This document shows, in pieces, positions 1 through 7,565 of a DNA stretch of 50,298 bases. The stretch is from the sequence record NC_041873.1; one strand, written 5' to 3'. Both the position numbers and the translations under genes were made by a program. The notes beneath the pieces were generated by a model. It did no database searches, was not told the origin of the DNA, and worked only from the letters and a program-made list of their open reading frames with translations. Numbering within the stretch: the stretch's first letter is position 1; the number at the start of each line of letters is the position of its first letter. This stretch comes from Escherichia phage JMPW2.

Positions 1-102
1 ATTGCATGGTGTGCAACAGTTGGTTGATTTGTTGCTGAGATTGCAATGATTGTGAGAGGGGGATCTAGTGTTGCCCGGTTCGCCTGGTAGTCATCTCCAT
101 TT

Positions 103-119
103 TTAGCAAAAAGTGCTAT
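103..119 (-). promoter_or_regulatory. palindromic box TAGCA-N5-TGCTA
   Basis: ttagcaaaaagtgctat (reverse orientation). Confidence 0.5.
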
Positions 120-143
120 CGATTACGATTACGATTGATTGCG
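120..143. repeat. tandem CGATTA hexamer repeats
   Basis: cgattacgattacgattgattgcg. Confidence 0.8.
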
Positions 144-179
144 TGTTAATCATTGTATATGATTTGCCTAAATCGCAAT

Positions 180-300
180 CGTATACAAAATTACGCCAAA
201 TTACGCCTTATAATATACATATAGATATATGTATATATATAATATATAAGTGTTTTTTTATTTATATATATAGATACTATTATTTGTAATATGGTTGTAT
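180..300. repeat. extremely AT-rich tract with TA-alternating palindrome
   Basis: tacatatagatatatgta inverted repeat and (TA)n runs. Confidence 0.8.
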
Positions 301-395
301 AGCGTGTCTTTTATGTTAATCGTTGGATGCTCTGATTATGATTCTCATGTTTATATATACAGTAGTTTTATCGGCGCACATTTATTTAGGGAAAT

Positions 396-422
396 CGATT
401 AACACGATTAACACGATTAACC
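396..422. repeat. three tandem 9-mers CGATTAACA
   Basis: cgattaacacgattaacacgattaacc. Confidence 0.9.
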
Positions 423-536
423 ACACTTAAAATCGCCCCGCAGACCTTGACACATGCGGGTCGTCGTGTAACACTACGATTAGAGACACGGTGTTACATG
501 TTAATCATGGTGTATATTGAAACTAAGGAGAAAGCT

Positions 537-1112
537 ATGAGTTCTTACCAGTCAGACGCAGTACAGGCAGCAATCAAGGCAGCTTACGAGAAGGCCGGAG
601 TAACGGTTGAGCAGCGACCGGAGGCAAAAGTGACCGATGTTATCCGGGCCGCCTGCGATCAGCTTTATGGTGATGGCGAGAATACCGAGTTCACATTCGA
701 CGCGAATAAGATGGCTGAGGCCGCAGCAAGAAAGTCGATGCCAGACGCTGACGAACATGATGTTGCCAAAGGCGCCGAGTCCTGGTTGCTCGGGAAGACG
801 GATGAGATTAACGAGAAGTTTAAATCCTCATTCATCACCCCGATCGTTTCTCGACACTTCTCCAAGATCGGCAAGTCGGTCAAGGTGAGCGTGACCATGA
901 ACGATGAAAAGTTGCGAGTCGTTACTATCTCAGTGAGTGACGAAGAAGTTCCGGTGAAGAAGCGCCGCAGCCGGAAAAAAGTCAGCCTGGCTGATTGTCT
1001 GGATTCGTTTGTTCCTGATGTTGATGATCTTGAGAAAGGCGACGTTACTGTAAGCACCGTGCGCGACCTGGTTCGCCAGATGAAAGCGCATATCGAAAAG
1101 TGTGGACTGTAA
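537..1112 (+). CDS. hypothetical early protein (basic KKRRSRKK patch)
   Basis: Track ORF 447..1112; internal ATG 537 has SD aaggag 7 nt upstream; no recognised domain. Confidence 0.5.
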   Translation: MSSYQSDAVQAAIKAAYEKAGVTVEQRPEAKVTDVIRAACDQLYGDGENTEFTFDANKMAEAAARKSMPDADEHDVAKGAESWLLGKTDEINEKFKSSFITPIVSRHFSKIGKSVKVSVTMNDEKLRVVTISVSDEEVPVKKRRSRKKVSLADCLDSFVPDVDDLEKGDVTVSTVRDLVRQMKAHIEKCGL

Positions 1113-1124
1113 GGAGAAGTAATT

Positions 1125-1451
1125 ATGTTTAATATCAAACCATTAACAGAAGCAGAGAAACAGGCTCAGGCCAAGCAAACCGAAAACATCCAAGTGATCG
1201 CTGATGCGCTGATTGGTAAGAGGTCAATCAAAATAAACCTCGACACTGTTGGTCAGTCATTTTTTACTAAAGGTTTGGATAAGTACGTTATAAATGTGAA
1301 GGCGATAGACCTGGTGGCGAGAATTCAAAAGCTAAACAATCAAAAGCTAAAGCTCATCAAGGTCGAAGGCAACATGTGCGAAATTGAGAACCTCAGCGCA
1401 CCAGACCCGAATAAGTGGGAAATCACCGATGTCGAGTTTATCGTAGAATAG
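1125..1451 (+). CDS. hypothetical protein
   Basis: Track ORF; SD aaggag upstream; stop TAG sits inside the palindromic box. Confidence 0.55.
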   Translation: MFNIKPLTEAEKQAQAKQTENIQVIADALIGKRSIKINLDTVGQSFFTKGLDKYVINVKAIDLVARIQKLNNQKLKLIKVEGNMCEIENLSAPDPNKWEITDVEFIVE

Positions 1452-1497
1452 CACTTTTTGTTAAAACCGGATCGGGGTATCTTGCTATAGTTACCCC
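1447..1497 (+). promoter_or_regulatory. palindromic box plus stem-loop with extended -10-like loop
   Basis: aatagcactttttgttaaaac; hairpin ggggta...tacccc with loop TGcTATAGT. Confidence 0.6.
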
Positions 1498-1529
1498 ATC
1501 AAAACGAGATACCAATCAGAGGAATCACC

Positions 1530-1760
1530 ATGTCAATCGTCAAGAACCAGCAAGCCATCGATTAAACCAATAACAACCGCTTTGCTATTTTCATCACATC
1601 GATAGGTCGCCGATTTGCAGTCAAAGCCGTTCCGGGTGGATACAAAACCTACATGGAAGATAAAGGAAAGTGGGTGTGGTGCGAAAACCTTGCAAACTTC
1701 CTAGTCTGGAATGCAGACCTCCAGGGCTTTGATGATATCAGCACCTTAATTGAGGAATAA
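1530..1760 (+). pseudogene. hypothetical gene with in-frame TAA at 1563..1565 (codon 12)
   Basis: ATG 1530 has the conserved leader CCAATCAGAGGAAT and the box/stem-loop module upstream; the frame is open for 64 more codons after the TAA to stop 1758..1760, ending 6 nt before the next gene. Confidence 0.4.
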
Positions 1761-1766
1761 ATAATT

Positions 1767-1994
1767 ATGCCACGTTACAATAAACAGACTAAACTCACCC
1801 GCGTAAACGGGCACATGATTCCGGCTGAATCCACTCACTACGCAATGGGCGCAAAGCACGGAGTCTATTTCAAGTGGCGCGGTCAATGGAACTTCACGGC
1901 GGTTAGTAATTTCTACATGCGCGTCCCAGGTATTGACCCGCAGACGGTCGTAGAGGACTCAATCGGCAACAACAAGATCGAGGTGCTAAAATGA
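1767..1994 (+). CDS. hypothetical protein
   Basis: Track ORF; SD gagga upstream. Confidence 0.55.
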   Translation: MPRYNKQTKLTRVNGHMIPAESTHYAMGAKHGVYFKWRGQWNFTAVSNFYMRVPGIDPQTVVEDSIGNNKIEVLK

Positions 1995-2101
1995 ACTTCA
2001 ATACAATTGCTTTATGGTCTGCCGTCTGGTTCTTCTGTATGGGTCATGTCATGGTTGGAATCGTAGTTATGCTGCTACTGTGTGCGGGAGCGTTCGAATG
2101 A
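1991..2101 (+). CDS. small hydrophobic membrane peptide (36 aa)
   Basis: Hand-translated MNFNTIALWSAVWFFCMGHVMVGIVVMLLLCAGAFE; ATGA overlap with upstream stop; below track size cutoff. Confidence 0.3.
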   Translation: MNFNTIALWSAVWFFCMGHVMVGIVVMLLLCAGAFE

Positions 2102-2271
2102 TGCGCATTCTGATTTGCATGATGGCGGCGGTCGCACTGGCTATCCTGGTAGTGTCCGGCTGCGGAGAGGCCAAAGAGCGATGCCATGAAACCGGAAACC
2201 AGGTGACTACTTTCGTGATGGTTGGCAACGTATTGCTACCAATCACATCAAATGAAATCACTTGCGAATAG
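2098..2271 (+). CDS. small putative lipoprotein
   Basis: Internal start MMRILICMMAAVALAILVVSGC gives signal peptide with lipobox-like VSGC; within track ORF 2014..2271. Confidence 0.4.
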   Translation: MMRILICMMAAVALAILVVSGCGEAKERCHETGNQVTTFVMVGNVLLPITSNEITCE

Positions 2272-2280
2272 GATGTTAAA

Positions 2281-2472
2281 ATGGCTGATTTTATGCACCA
2301 AATGATTGCAGTATTCAAAGGTAGTGATGACCAGGAGGTGAAAGAGTGCTTTACTGTAGACAAGCCTTATAGCGCATCGCTAACCAGCTTCGGGAATATC
2401 TCATTGCTTGATGATAACGGCGACCCCTGGGTATTCGACGAAGACACTGATTGCTTCGAAATTAAAGAATAG
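2281..2472 (+). CDS. hypothetical acidic protein
   Basis: Track ORF; stop TAG embedded in palindromic box. Confidence 0.5.
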   Translation: MADFMHQMIAVFKGSDDQEVKECFTVDKPYSASLTSFGNISLLDDNGDPWVFDEDTDCFEIKE

Positions 2473-2518
2473 CACTTTTTGTTAAAACTCAATATCGGGG
2501 TTGCGCTATAGTAACCCC
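2468..2518 (+). promoter_or_regulatory. palindromic box plus stem-loop
   Basis: aatagcactttttgttaaaac; hairpin ggggtt...aacccc with TATAGT. Confidence 0.6.
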
Positions 2519-2543
2519 ATCGACAACAAACGAGGACACTAAC

Positions 2544-3032
2544 ATGAAAATCAAATTGCTTTGCACTGGCGGTTACAAGGGCTTTACTCGCGACCTGGAA
2601 GCGGATCCTATCGTGATTGATGCGGTGAAGTGTGATGATAGCCTCGGCGGCTACCGCGTGAAGGTTGACGACCTGGTGAAAGCTGGCGTGTACGATCTGG
2701 GCTATGGACTTTCGGTTAGCCCGGTAGTTGGTCCGGCAGACTTCAACGAGAAGGATGGAACGATGTTCTTCTTCGAATGGGAAGTCCAGGCAAATCCTAA
2801 GCCGCGCAAGGTTCGTCTTCTCAGTAATGGCGGCTACCCGATGCGTCCAGGTTATGAGAATCGCACATTCCCGGTTATCGTTGACTTTGAAGAAATCACC
2901 GCACACTTAGCTTATATCAACGGTGAACAGCTTCATGCTGTTGGATTCGTGGGATGTATGAATCAAGAGGCGCTATGCTTCTTCCATTGTAAAGCCGAGC
3001 CGTTCGATATTGAGTGCGAGTTAGTATACTAA
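2544..3032 (+). CDS. hypothetical protein
   Basis: Track ORF; module and SD acgagga upstream. Confidence 0.6.
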   Translation: MKIKLLCTGGYKGFTRDLEADPIVIDAVKCDDSLGGYRVKVDDLVKAGVYDLGYGLSVSPVVGPADFNEKDGTMFFFEWEVQANPKPRKVRLLSNGGYPMRPGYENRTFPVIVDFEEITAHLAYINGEQLHAVGFVGCMNQEALCFFHCKAEPFDIECELVY

Positions 3033-3077
3033 GCACGAATTGTTAAAAGGGGATTTGGCCTGACTGGTATAATCCCC
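3030..3077 (+). promoter_or_regulatory. palindromic box plus stem-loop
   Basis: taagcacgaattgttaaaag; hairpin ggggatt...aatcccc with TGgTATAAT. Confidence 0.6.
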
Positions 3078-3103
3078 GCATAAACCACTAAGAGGAAAGC
3101 ATC

Positions 3104-3610
3104 ATGTTAAAATTAGAAGACGTAAAATTCCCGATTAAATTTATCAGCCTAGGTTGCGGTGAAATTACATTCACCAGTGAAGATAAAGGCAAGTGGGACA
3201 ATGATAAAATGTCTCAGCTTAAGTTGGATTGGTTTATCAATCGGCACAATGAAGTAAATCCTGAAAACTCAGCCAAGAAGGATTACCATTACATTATTAG
3301 TGGTAGTCAGGATGCGTACGAAAAGTATGATGGTTGGAAAACTGTTCGATCAATCTTCCACCCCGCAAAGCCAGAAATTAAACCGATGTTACAATGCGCT
3401 CAGATCGAGAACATTCCATTGAGCGCGACGCTAAGAGGAGTGCAGCTTGATGATAAATCCTGGCTTGAAATAACCGCCACGCCGAAAACTATTGAAGTGC
3501 ACGACGATATCGTCACTCTTCTATTGCATTACGGCAGCTTTAAGCACAAAGCGGTATCAGGTGAAATCAGCATTAAGCGCGGAACTCTTGTACGCTACGA
3601 GGTGAAATAA
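3104..3610 (+). CDS. hypothetical protein
   Basis: Track ORF; SD aagagga upstream. Confidence 0.6.
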   Translation: MLKLEDVKFPIKFISLGCGEITFTSEDKGKWDNDKMSQLKLDWFINRHNEVNPENSAKKDYHYIISGSQDAYEKYDGWKTVRSIFHPAKPEIKPMLQCAQIENIPLSATLRGVQLDDKSWLEITATPKTIEVHDDIVTLLLHYGSFKHKAVSGEISIKRGTLVRYEVK

Positions 3611-3759
3611 TGGCTGCATGGGTCTTGATTATCTTGATGAGCACCGGGCCGGATCACGTATACATGGAAAGTCGGCAATCATGCAACGAGGCCAGGGCTG
3701 TAATCGCAGAGAATAAGCCGTTCGGATATGAAGTAAAAACGATGTGCGTTAAACGATAG
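3610..3759 (+). CDS. small membrane protein (49 aa)
   Basis: Hand-translated MAAWVLIILMSTGPDHVYMESRQSCNEARAVIAENKPFGYEVKTMCVKR; TAATG overlap with upstream gene; stop TAG inside box. Confidence 0.4.
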   Translation: MAAWVLIILMSTGPDHVYMESRQSCNEARAVIAENKPFGYEVKTMCVKR

Positions 3760-3817
3760 CATGAATTGCTAAACCTTCCGCGAGGCCATTTGTTATAGTG
3801 GCCTTATTGAAGCGCGG
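3756..3817 (+). promoter_or_regulatory. palindromic box plus stem-loop
   Basis: atagcatgaattgctaaacc; hairpin aggcca...ggcct with TGtTATAGT. Confidence 0.6.
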
Positions 3818-3839
3818 CAACCAATCAGAGGAATCAGCT

Positions 3840-4048
3840 ATGGCTACACGACTCACTCAGTAGCAGATTTACGACAAGGCCTCACGCCTTCGTGAATCAC
3901 TTCGAGGTCTGACACCAAACGACCGCATTGAGATTATCGGGCACGCATTGCACGAACTCGCGTCTCAAGACGTAATCTATCATTCATGCGGAAATAAATT
4001 CTGGAACGTGACATTCGAGGTAAAGAAAGATGAGCAAAACTCATAAGT
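3840..4048 (+). pseudogene. hypothetical gene with in-frame TAG at 3861..3863 (codon 8)
   Basis: ATG 3840 preceded by box, stem-loop and CCAATCAGAGGAAT leader; after the TAG the frame stays open 61 codons with no ATG, ending 18 nt into the next gene. Confidence 0.4.
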
Positions 4049-4317
4049 TAAAAATCGCCCCTGTACATTTCATTGGTGTAATGAACGGAACCAAAACGGC
4101 AGAGTTCCGCATCAATGACCGAAACTTCCAATCTGGCGATATCCTGGAGCTATGCGAGTTCGATCGAGATGAGTTTACCGGGTGGGAAGTTCACGCCAGG
4201 GTATCCGATGTTACCGATGTGACGCCATACATCGATCGCGGGTATGACGAGCAAGAATGCGACTTCACGCAATACGTGATGTTATCAATCAAGCCTTACA
4301 GGAAGGTTAGACCATGA
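4030..4317 (+). CDS. ASCH/PUA-like (DUF3850-like) protein
   Basis: N-terminus HKLKIAPVHF...GTKTAEFRINDRNFQSGDIL resembles the ASCH-type pattern; from memory, not searched. Confidence 0.45.
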   Translation: MSKTHKLKIAPVHFIGVMNGTKTAEFRINDRNFQSGDILELCEFDRDEFTGWEVHARVSDVTDVTPYIDRGYDEQECDFTQYVMLSIKPYRKVRP

Positions 4318-4952
4318 AATTTGAATGTGTGCTTAGTAACGGATCTGGATTTAAGTACGGCAAAATCTACGAAGGCGCTCGCGTCAATTGCAACAGCTTC
4401 GTTATCACGGATGAGCGCGGTAGAAATGTTAACGTTGTCCGGCGTCACGAATACCAGGAAATTTTCCTGCCGTACGGCAATAGTTCAAAATACATCTTCC
4501 ATCGAATCGTTGATGGTGTTAAATTTAAAGACGTAATCGAAGCAATCAACCAACTTCATAATAAAGAGGTAAAATTTATGAAATTCGAATGCATCAGCGA
4601 TAACACCAAAAAATTTACTGTTGGCAAAATTTACGATGTTCCCTCTGAGCACGCTAAGCACACGGCTGTAATTACCGACGACACGGGCCGCCACCGCATT
4701 GCAACCGTAACGCACAACGGTGAAGGTCTTCGCTGGAATAGCGGCGGCACTAAGTTCGCAACGTTCGGCAAGAAGCGCAAGCGCACTTTCTGCGTCAAGG
4801 GCAATGTTGCGGCGAACAAGACCCACAACGACAAGGCGTCACAAGTTGACCGCAAGCCAGCATTGAAGTTTGAAGAGAAAGCGGATTTATCCGGCCTGGC
4901 TGTTGCGCTTGTTCTCCTGGTAGCTTCGATTTCGCTGATGTTCATCATGTAA
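4314..4952 (+). CDS. two-repeat small-beta-domain protein with C-terminal TM helix
   Basis: Internal duplication MKFECVLSNGSGFKYGKIYEG / MKFECISDNTKKFTVGKIYDV; hydrophobic C-terminus LAVALVLLVASISLMFIM. Confidence 0.6.
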   Translation: MKFECVLSNGSGFKYGKIYEGARVNCNSFVITDERGRNVNVVRRHEYQEIFLPYGNSSKYIFHRIVDGVKFKDVIEAINQLHNKEVKFMKFECISDNTKKFTVGKIYDVPSEHAKHTAVITDDTGRHRIATVTHNGEGLRWNSGGTKFATFGKKRKRTFCVKGNVAANKTHNDKASQVDRKPALKFEEKADLSGLAVALVLLVASISLMFIM

Positions 4953-4958
4953 TTTTAA

Positions 4959-4993
4959 CGGGGAATCGGATCTGAACGGTTCCCCTTTCTTTT
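4959..4993 (+). terminator. rho-independent terminator
   Basis: GC stem ggggaa...ttcccc followed by tttcttttgg. Confidence 0.5.
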
Positions 4994-5100
4994 GGAGAAA
5001 ACACTATGCCAGACTTTTCTAACTGGAATAACGAGCCGCCATCATTTCAGGAGTTGCTATTTTGCCTCCTGGTCCTGACATTATCTCTTAAGGGTGTTTT

Positions 5101-5319
5101 ATGGCTACTATCATAACCGCAGAAGATGCGGCGCGTGACGCAGTGGAAGGAATGCGCCCAAATACCTCCAGAATCGCCCACTACTACAAGTTTGAGGTGT
5201 CGGCAGTGCAATTGGTCCACGAAATTTTAAGGCTCCCACAAGTCGATTCAGCGCGAGTAGTGACGTGCTTAAAAAATTATTTTTGCATCACTATTAAAAC
5301 GAATAGCACGAATTGCTAA
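5101..5319 (+). CDS. hypothetical protein
   Basis: Track ORF; reads through the box to a TAA. Confidence 0.4.
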   Translation: MATIITAEDAARDAVEGMRPNTSRIAHYYKFEVSAVQLVHEILRLPQVDSARVVTCLKNYFCITIKTNSTNC

Positions 5320-5352
5320 AACCTATCAAGGGGAATGCGCTATGATTCCCCT
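5303..5352 (+). promoter_or_regulatory. palindromic box plus stem-loop
   Basis: aatagcacgaattgctaaaac; hairpin aggggaat...attcccct with TATGAT. Confidence 0.6.
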
Positions 5353-5376
5353 ACACCAACAAACGAGGAAGCACGA

Positions 5377-5823
5377 ATGAAACACCTAATCTGTATTGAA
5401 GCGCCTAACGACGAGTACACTCTGCATGGCTTGGGTATGTTCAAAGGTCACTACATTACAGCTAAGATTCAAGATGACAAGCTGGATGATGGCGATCTGG
5501 AAATCACATCGAAAGAGATTAATCCGTACATCATGCAGAATCTTGGCAATAACGAATATATGGCCTACGGCTGCAATGCGGTGTATAAGCACATTAAGAT
5601 CCGCAAGCGCGTCGTGCGTGCATTCAAGAAGATTGCAATGAAGTACTGGAAGATGAGCAAGAAAGATGCCGGACGCTGGGCGCGCAACGTTGCAGATTCA
5701 TACTTCTATCGTAACGGCGAATCCTGCTACTTCCTGATCGATGAACTTATGGAAAACTACGGTGGCGACTTCAGCCAGGGTAGCTTTGATGACTGGGTCA
5801 ACTATGAGATCAGTTGCTGGTAA
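5377..5823 (+). CDS. hypothetical protein
   Basis: Internal ATG of track ORF 5335..5823 with SD acgaggaag; module upstream. Confidence 0.55.
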   Translation: MKHLICIEAPNDEYTLHGLGMFKGHYITAKIQDDKLDDGDLEITSKEINPYIMQNLGNNEYMAYGCNAVYKHIKIRKRVVRAFKKIAMKYWKMSKKDAGRWARNVADSYFYRNGESCYFLIDELMENYGGDFSQGSFDDWVNYEISCW

Positions 5824-5872
5824 TAGCACGAATTGCTAAAACTTGCTCAAGGGAATTTGTTAGAATGCCCTT
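5822..5872 (+). promoter_or_regulatory. palindromic box plus stem-loop
   Basis: aatagcacgaattgctaaaac; hairpin aaggg...ccctt with TGtTAGAAT. Confidence 0.6.
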
Positions 5873-5906
5873 CGTTGAGTTAAGCAACCAATCAGAGGAA
5901 TAAATC

Positions 5907-6437
5907 ATGGATAAAATCACAATTTGGGGCCAGACAATCAACCTGTTTCTCGGCACGCGCCGCGTGGCAATCTTTGACTTTGACGGGACACTTAGCGATG
6001 GATCTGGTCGACTTCACCTGCTGCCGACAAAGGATTTGCACTTGACTGAAAGCTGGTCTGAGTTTAACCGAGCGGCAATATTTGACGATCCTATTCAGAG
6101 CACTATTGAGGTGATGAACTCATTATTTGCTGCGGGTTATCACGTAATTATCTTAACAGGACGTAGTGATGAGGTGCGTCACGAATCAAAGTTATGGTTA
6201 AAGCGCCACGGTGCGCGATATGATTACCTGATTATGAGGCCGCATACCGACAACCGCAAAGACACGGTAATGAAAGAAGAGGCAGTGCGCGCTATCGGCA
6301 TTGATAACATTCTTGCGGCTTGGGATGACTCAGTGAATATAATAAAAAAATTCAGAGATCTAGGGATAACCACATATCAGGTTTGTGAATATGCCTGTGA
6401 TAGTCGAGAGGATTTAAATAGTCATGGTGTCGATTGA
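5907..6437 (+). CDS. HAD-family phosphatase (nucleotidase or polynucleotide 3'-phosphatase-like)
   Basis: HAD motif I FDFDGTL near N-terminus; conserved leader upstream. Confidence 0.6.
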   Translation: MDKITIWGQTINLFLGTRRVAIFDFDGTLSDGSGRLHLLPTKDLHLTESWSEFNRAAIFDDPIQSTIEVMNSLFAAGYHVIILTGRSDEVRHESKLWLKRHGARYDYLIMRPHTDNRKDTVMKEEAVRAIGIDNILAAWDDSVNIIKKFRDLGITTYQVCEYACDSREDLNSHGVD

Positions 6438-6918
6438 TAACAAATCAATGGTAAGAGAGTTATTTACTTATTCTGACGGCGTTCTGTATTGGAAGGCCAA
6501 ATCATCTAAATACAGTAGAGCTAAAATAGGAGGCGCGGCAGGAAGCAAGGATAAAGACGGATACATAATAATCAGAGTAAGAAACGAAACTAGAGGCGCT
6601 CACAGGCTTGTATGGATATACCATAATGGCAAGATACCTGATGGAATGGAGGTAGACCATATGGATGGAGACATAACAAACAATAGAATAGAAAACCTAA
6701 GATTGGTAACGAGAACCATAAATAACAGGAATCAAAAAAAGAGATCTGATAACACAACCGGAGTATCCGGTGTAACTTTCATGAAAGATAGAGGAAAGTA
6801 TAGGGCGCAAGTTAGAAACAAGAGACTCGGGCAGTTCGACACAATAGAAGAGGCCGCCAAAGCAGTAAAGGATGAGCGGGATAGATTAGGTTTATTCACA
6901 AAAAGACACGGGGTGTAA
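6424..6918 (+). CDS. HNH homing endonuclease with AP2-like domain
   Basis: Motif EVDHMDGDITNNRIENLRLVT plus TTGVSGVTFMKDRGKYRAQV; paralogous to 42263..42745 and 46320..46859. Confidence 0.8.
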   Translation: MVSIDNKSMVRELFTYSDGVLYWKAKSSKYSRAKIGGAAGSKDKDGYIIIRVRNETRGAHRLVWIYHNGKIPDGMEVDHMDGDITNNRIENLRLVTRTINNRNQKKRSDNTTGVSGVTFMKDRGKYRAQVRNKRLGQFDTIEEAAKAVKDERDRLGLFTKRHGV

Positions 6919-6920
6919 AC

Positions 6921-7493
6921 ATGAAAACAGCTATCATTTTAAACGGCGCACCTGGTGCGGGAAAGGACACTATCGGATGCATCCTGGCTGACACTTACGA
7001 TCACGTGGCGCTACGCAGCTTTAAGGCTCCGATGTTTGAGATTGCCCGAGCAATATTGGGTGAGGCTAATTTCGAATATTTCATGTTCTTGTATGAGGAC
7101 CGTCGCTATAAAGAAGAGCCAGCATCAATCCTGAACGGTAAAAGCCCGCGCCAGTTTATGATCTGGATTAGCGAGGAGGTCATCAAGCCGCAGTTCGGAA
7201 ATCGCTTCTTCGGTATGCGAGCGGAAAGCAAGGTGAAAGAGTCTCACTCCCTTTCGGTATTTACTGACGGTGGATTCAAAGACGAGATCTTGCAGATGAT
7301 TGAAGGTGATATCCAGGTAAAGCTATGTCGAATCCATCGCAACGGTTGCAACTTTGACAACGACAGCCGAGACTATATCTATCTTGACGATATGATCGGG
7401 GTCAACGGTTATCAGGAGTGCGACTTCTTTTCTGTCGAAGGCCATCCAGAAATTACCGCTCAGCACATAGCCGCCACGTTCATCAATAAATAG
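6921..7493 (+). CDS. P-loop kinase (T4 gp1-like dNMP kinase or polynucleotide kinase)
   Basis: Walker A GAPGAGKDT at N-terminus; LNGKSPRQ resembles T4 dNMP kinase. Confidence 0.6.
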   Translation: MKTAIILNGAPGAGKDTIGCILADTYDHVALRSFKAPMFEIARAILGEANFEYFMFLYEDRRYKEEPASILNGKSPRQFMIWISEEVIKPQFGNRFFGMRAESKVKESHSLSVFTDGGFKDEILQMIEGDIQVKLCRIHRNGCNFDNDSRDYIYLDDMIGVNGYQECDFFSVEGHPEITAQHIAATFINK

Positions 7494-7542
7494 CACGAAT
7501 TGCTAAAACGTCGATGGGGTGATTTGATATAGTTACCTCATC
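7489..7542 (+). promoter_or_regulatory. palindromic box plus stem-loop
   Basis: aatagcacgaattgctaaaac; hairpin gatggggt...acctcatc with TGaTATAGT. Confidence 0.6.
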
Positions 7543-7565
7543 GACAACGAAGAGAGAAAATCGAA

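Noticed and set aside
552-1138. Minus-strand track ORFs (552..758, 665..1138) inside the first early gene
   Set aside because: They lie antisense within a better-supported + gene with an RBS, and have no start signals or module; likely spurious.
2067-2906. Minus-strand ORFs 2067..2363 and 2367..2906
   Set aside because: Antisense to a run of + genes each with module, RBS and tight spacing; no RBS of their own.
5006-5116. Possible 36-codon ORF (MPDFSNWNNEPPSFQELLFCLLVLTLSLKGVLWLLS) after terminator 4959..4993
   Set aside because: Has an SD and a hydrophobic stretch but overlaps the start of 5101..5319 and is too short to support without homology.
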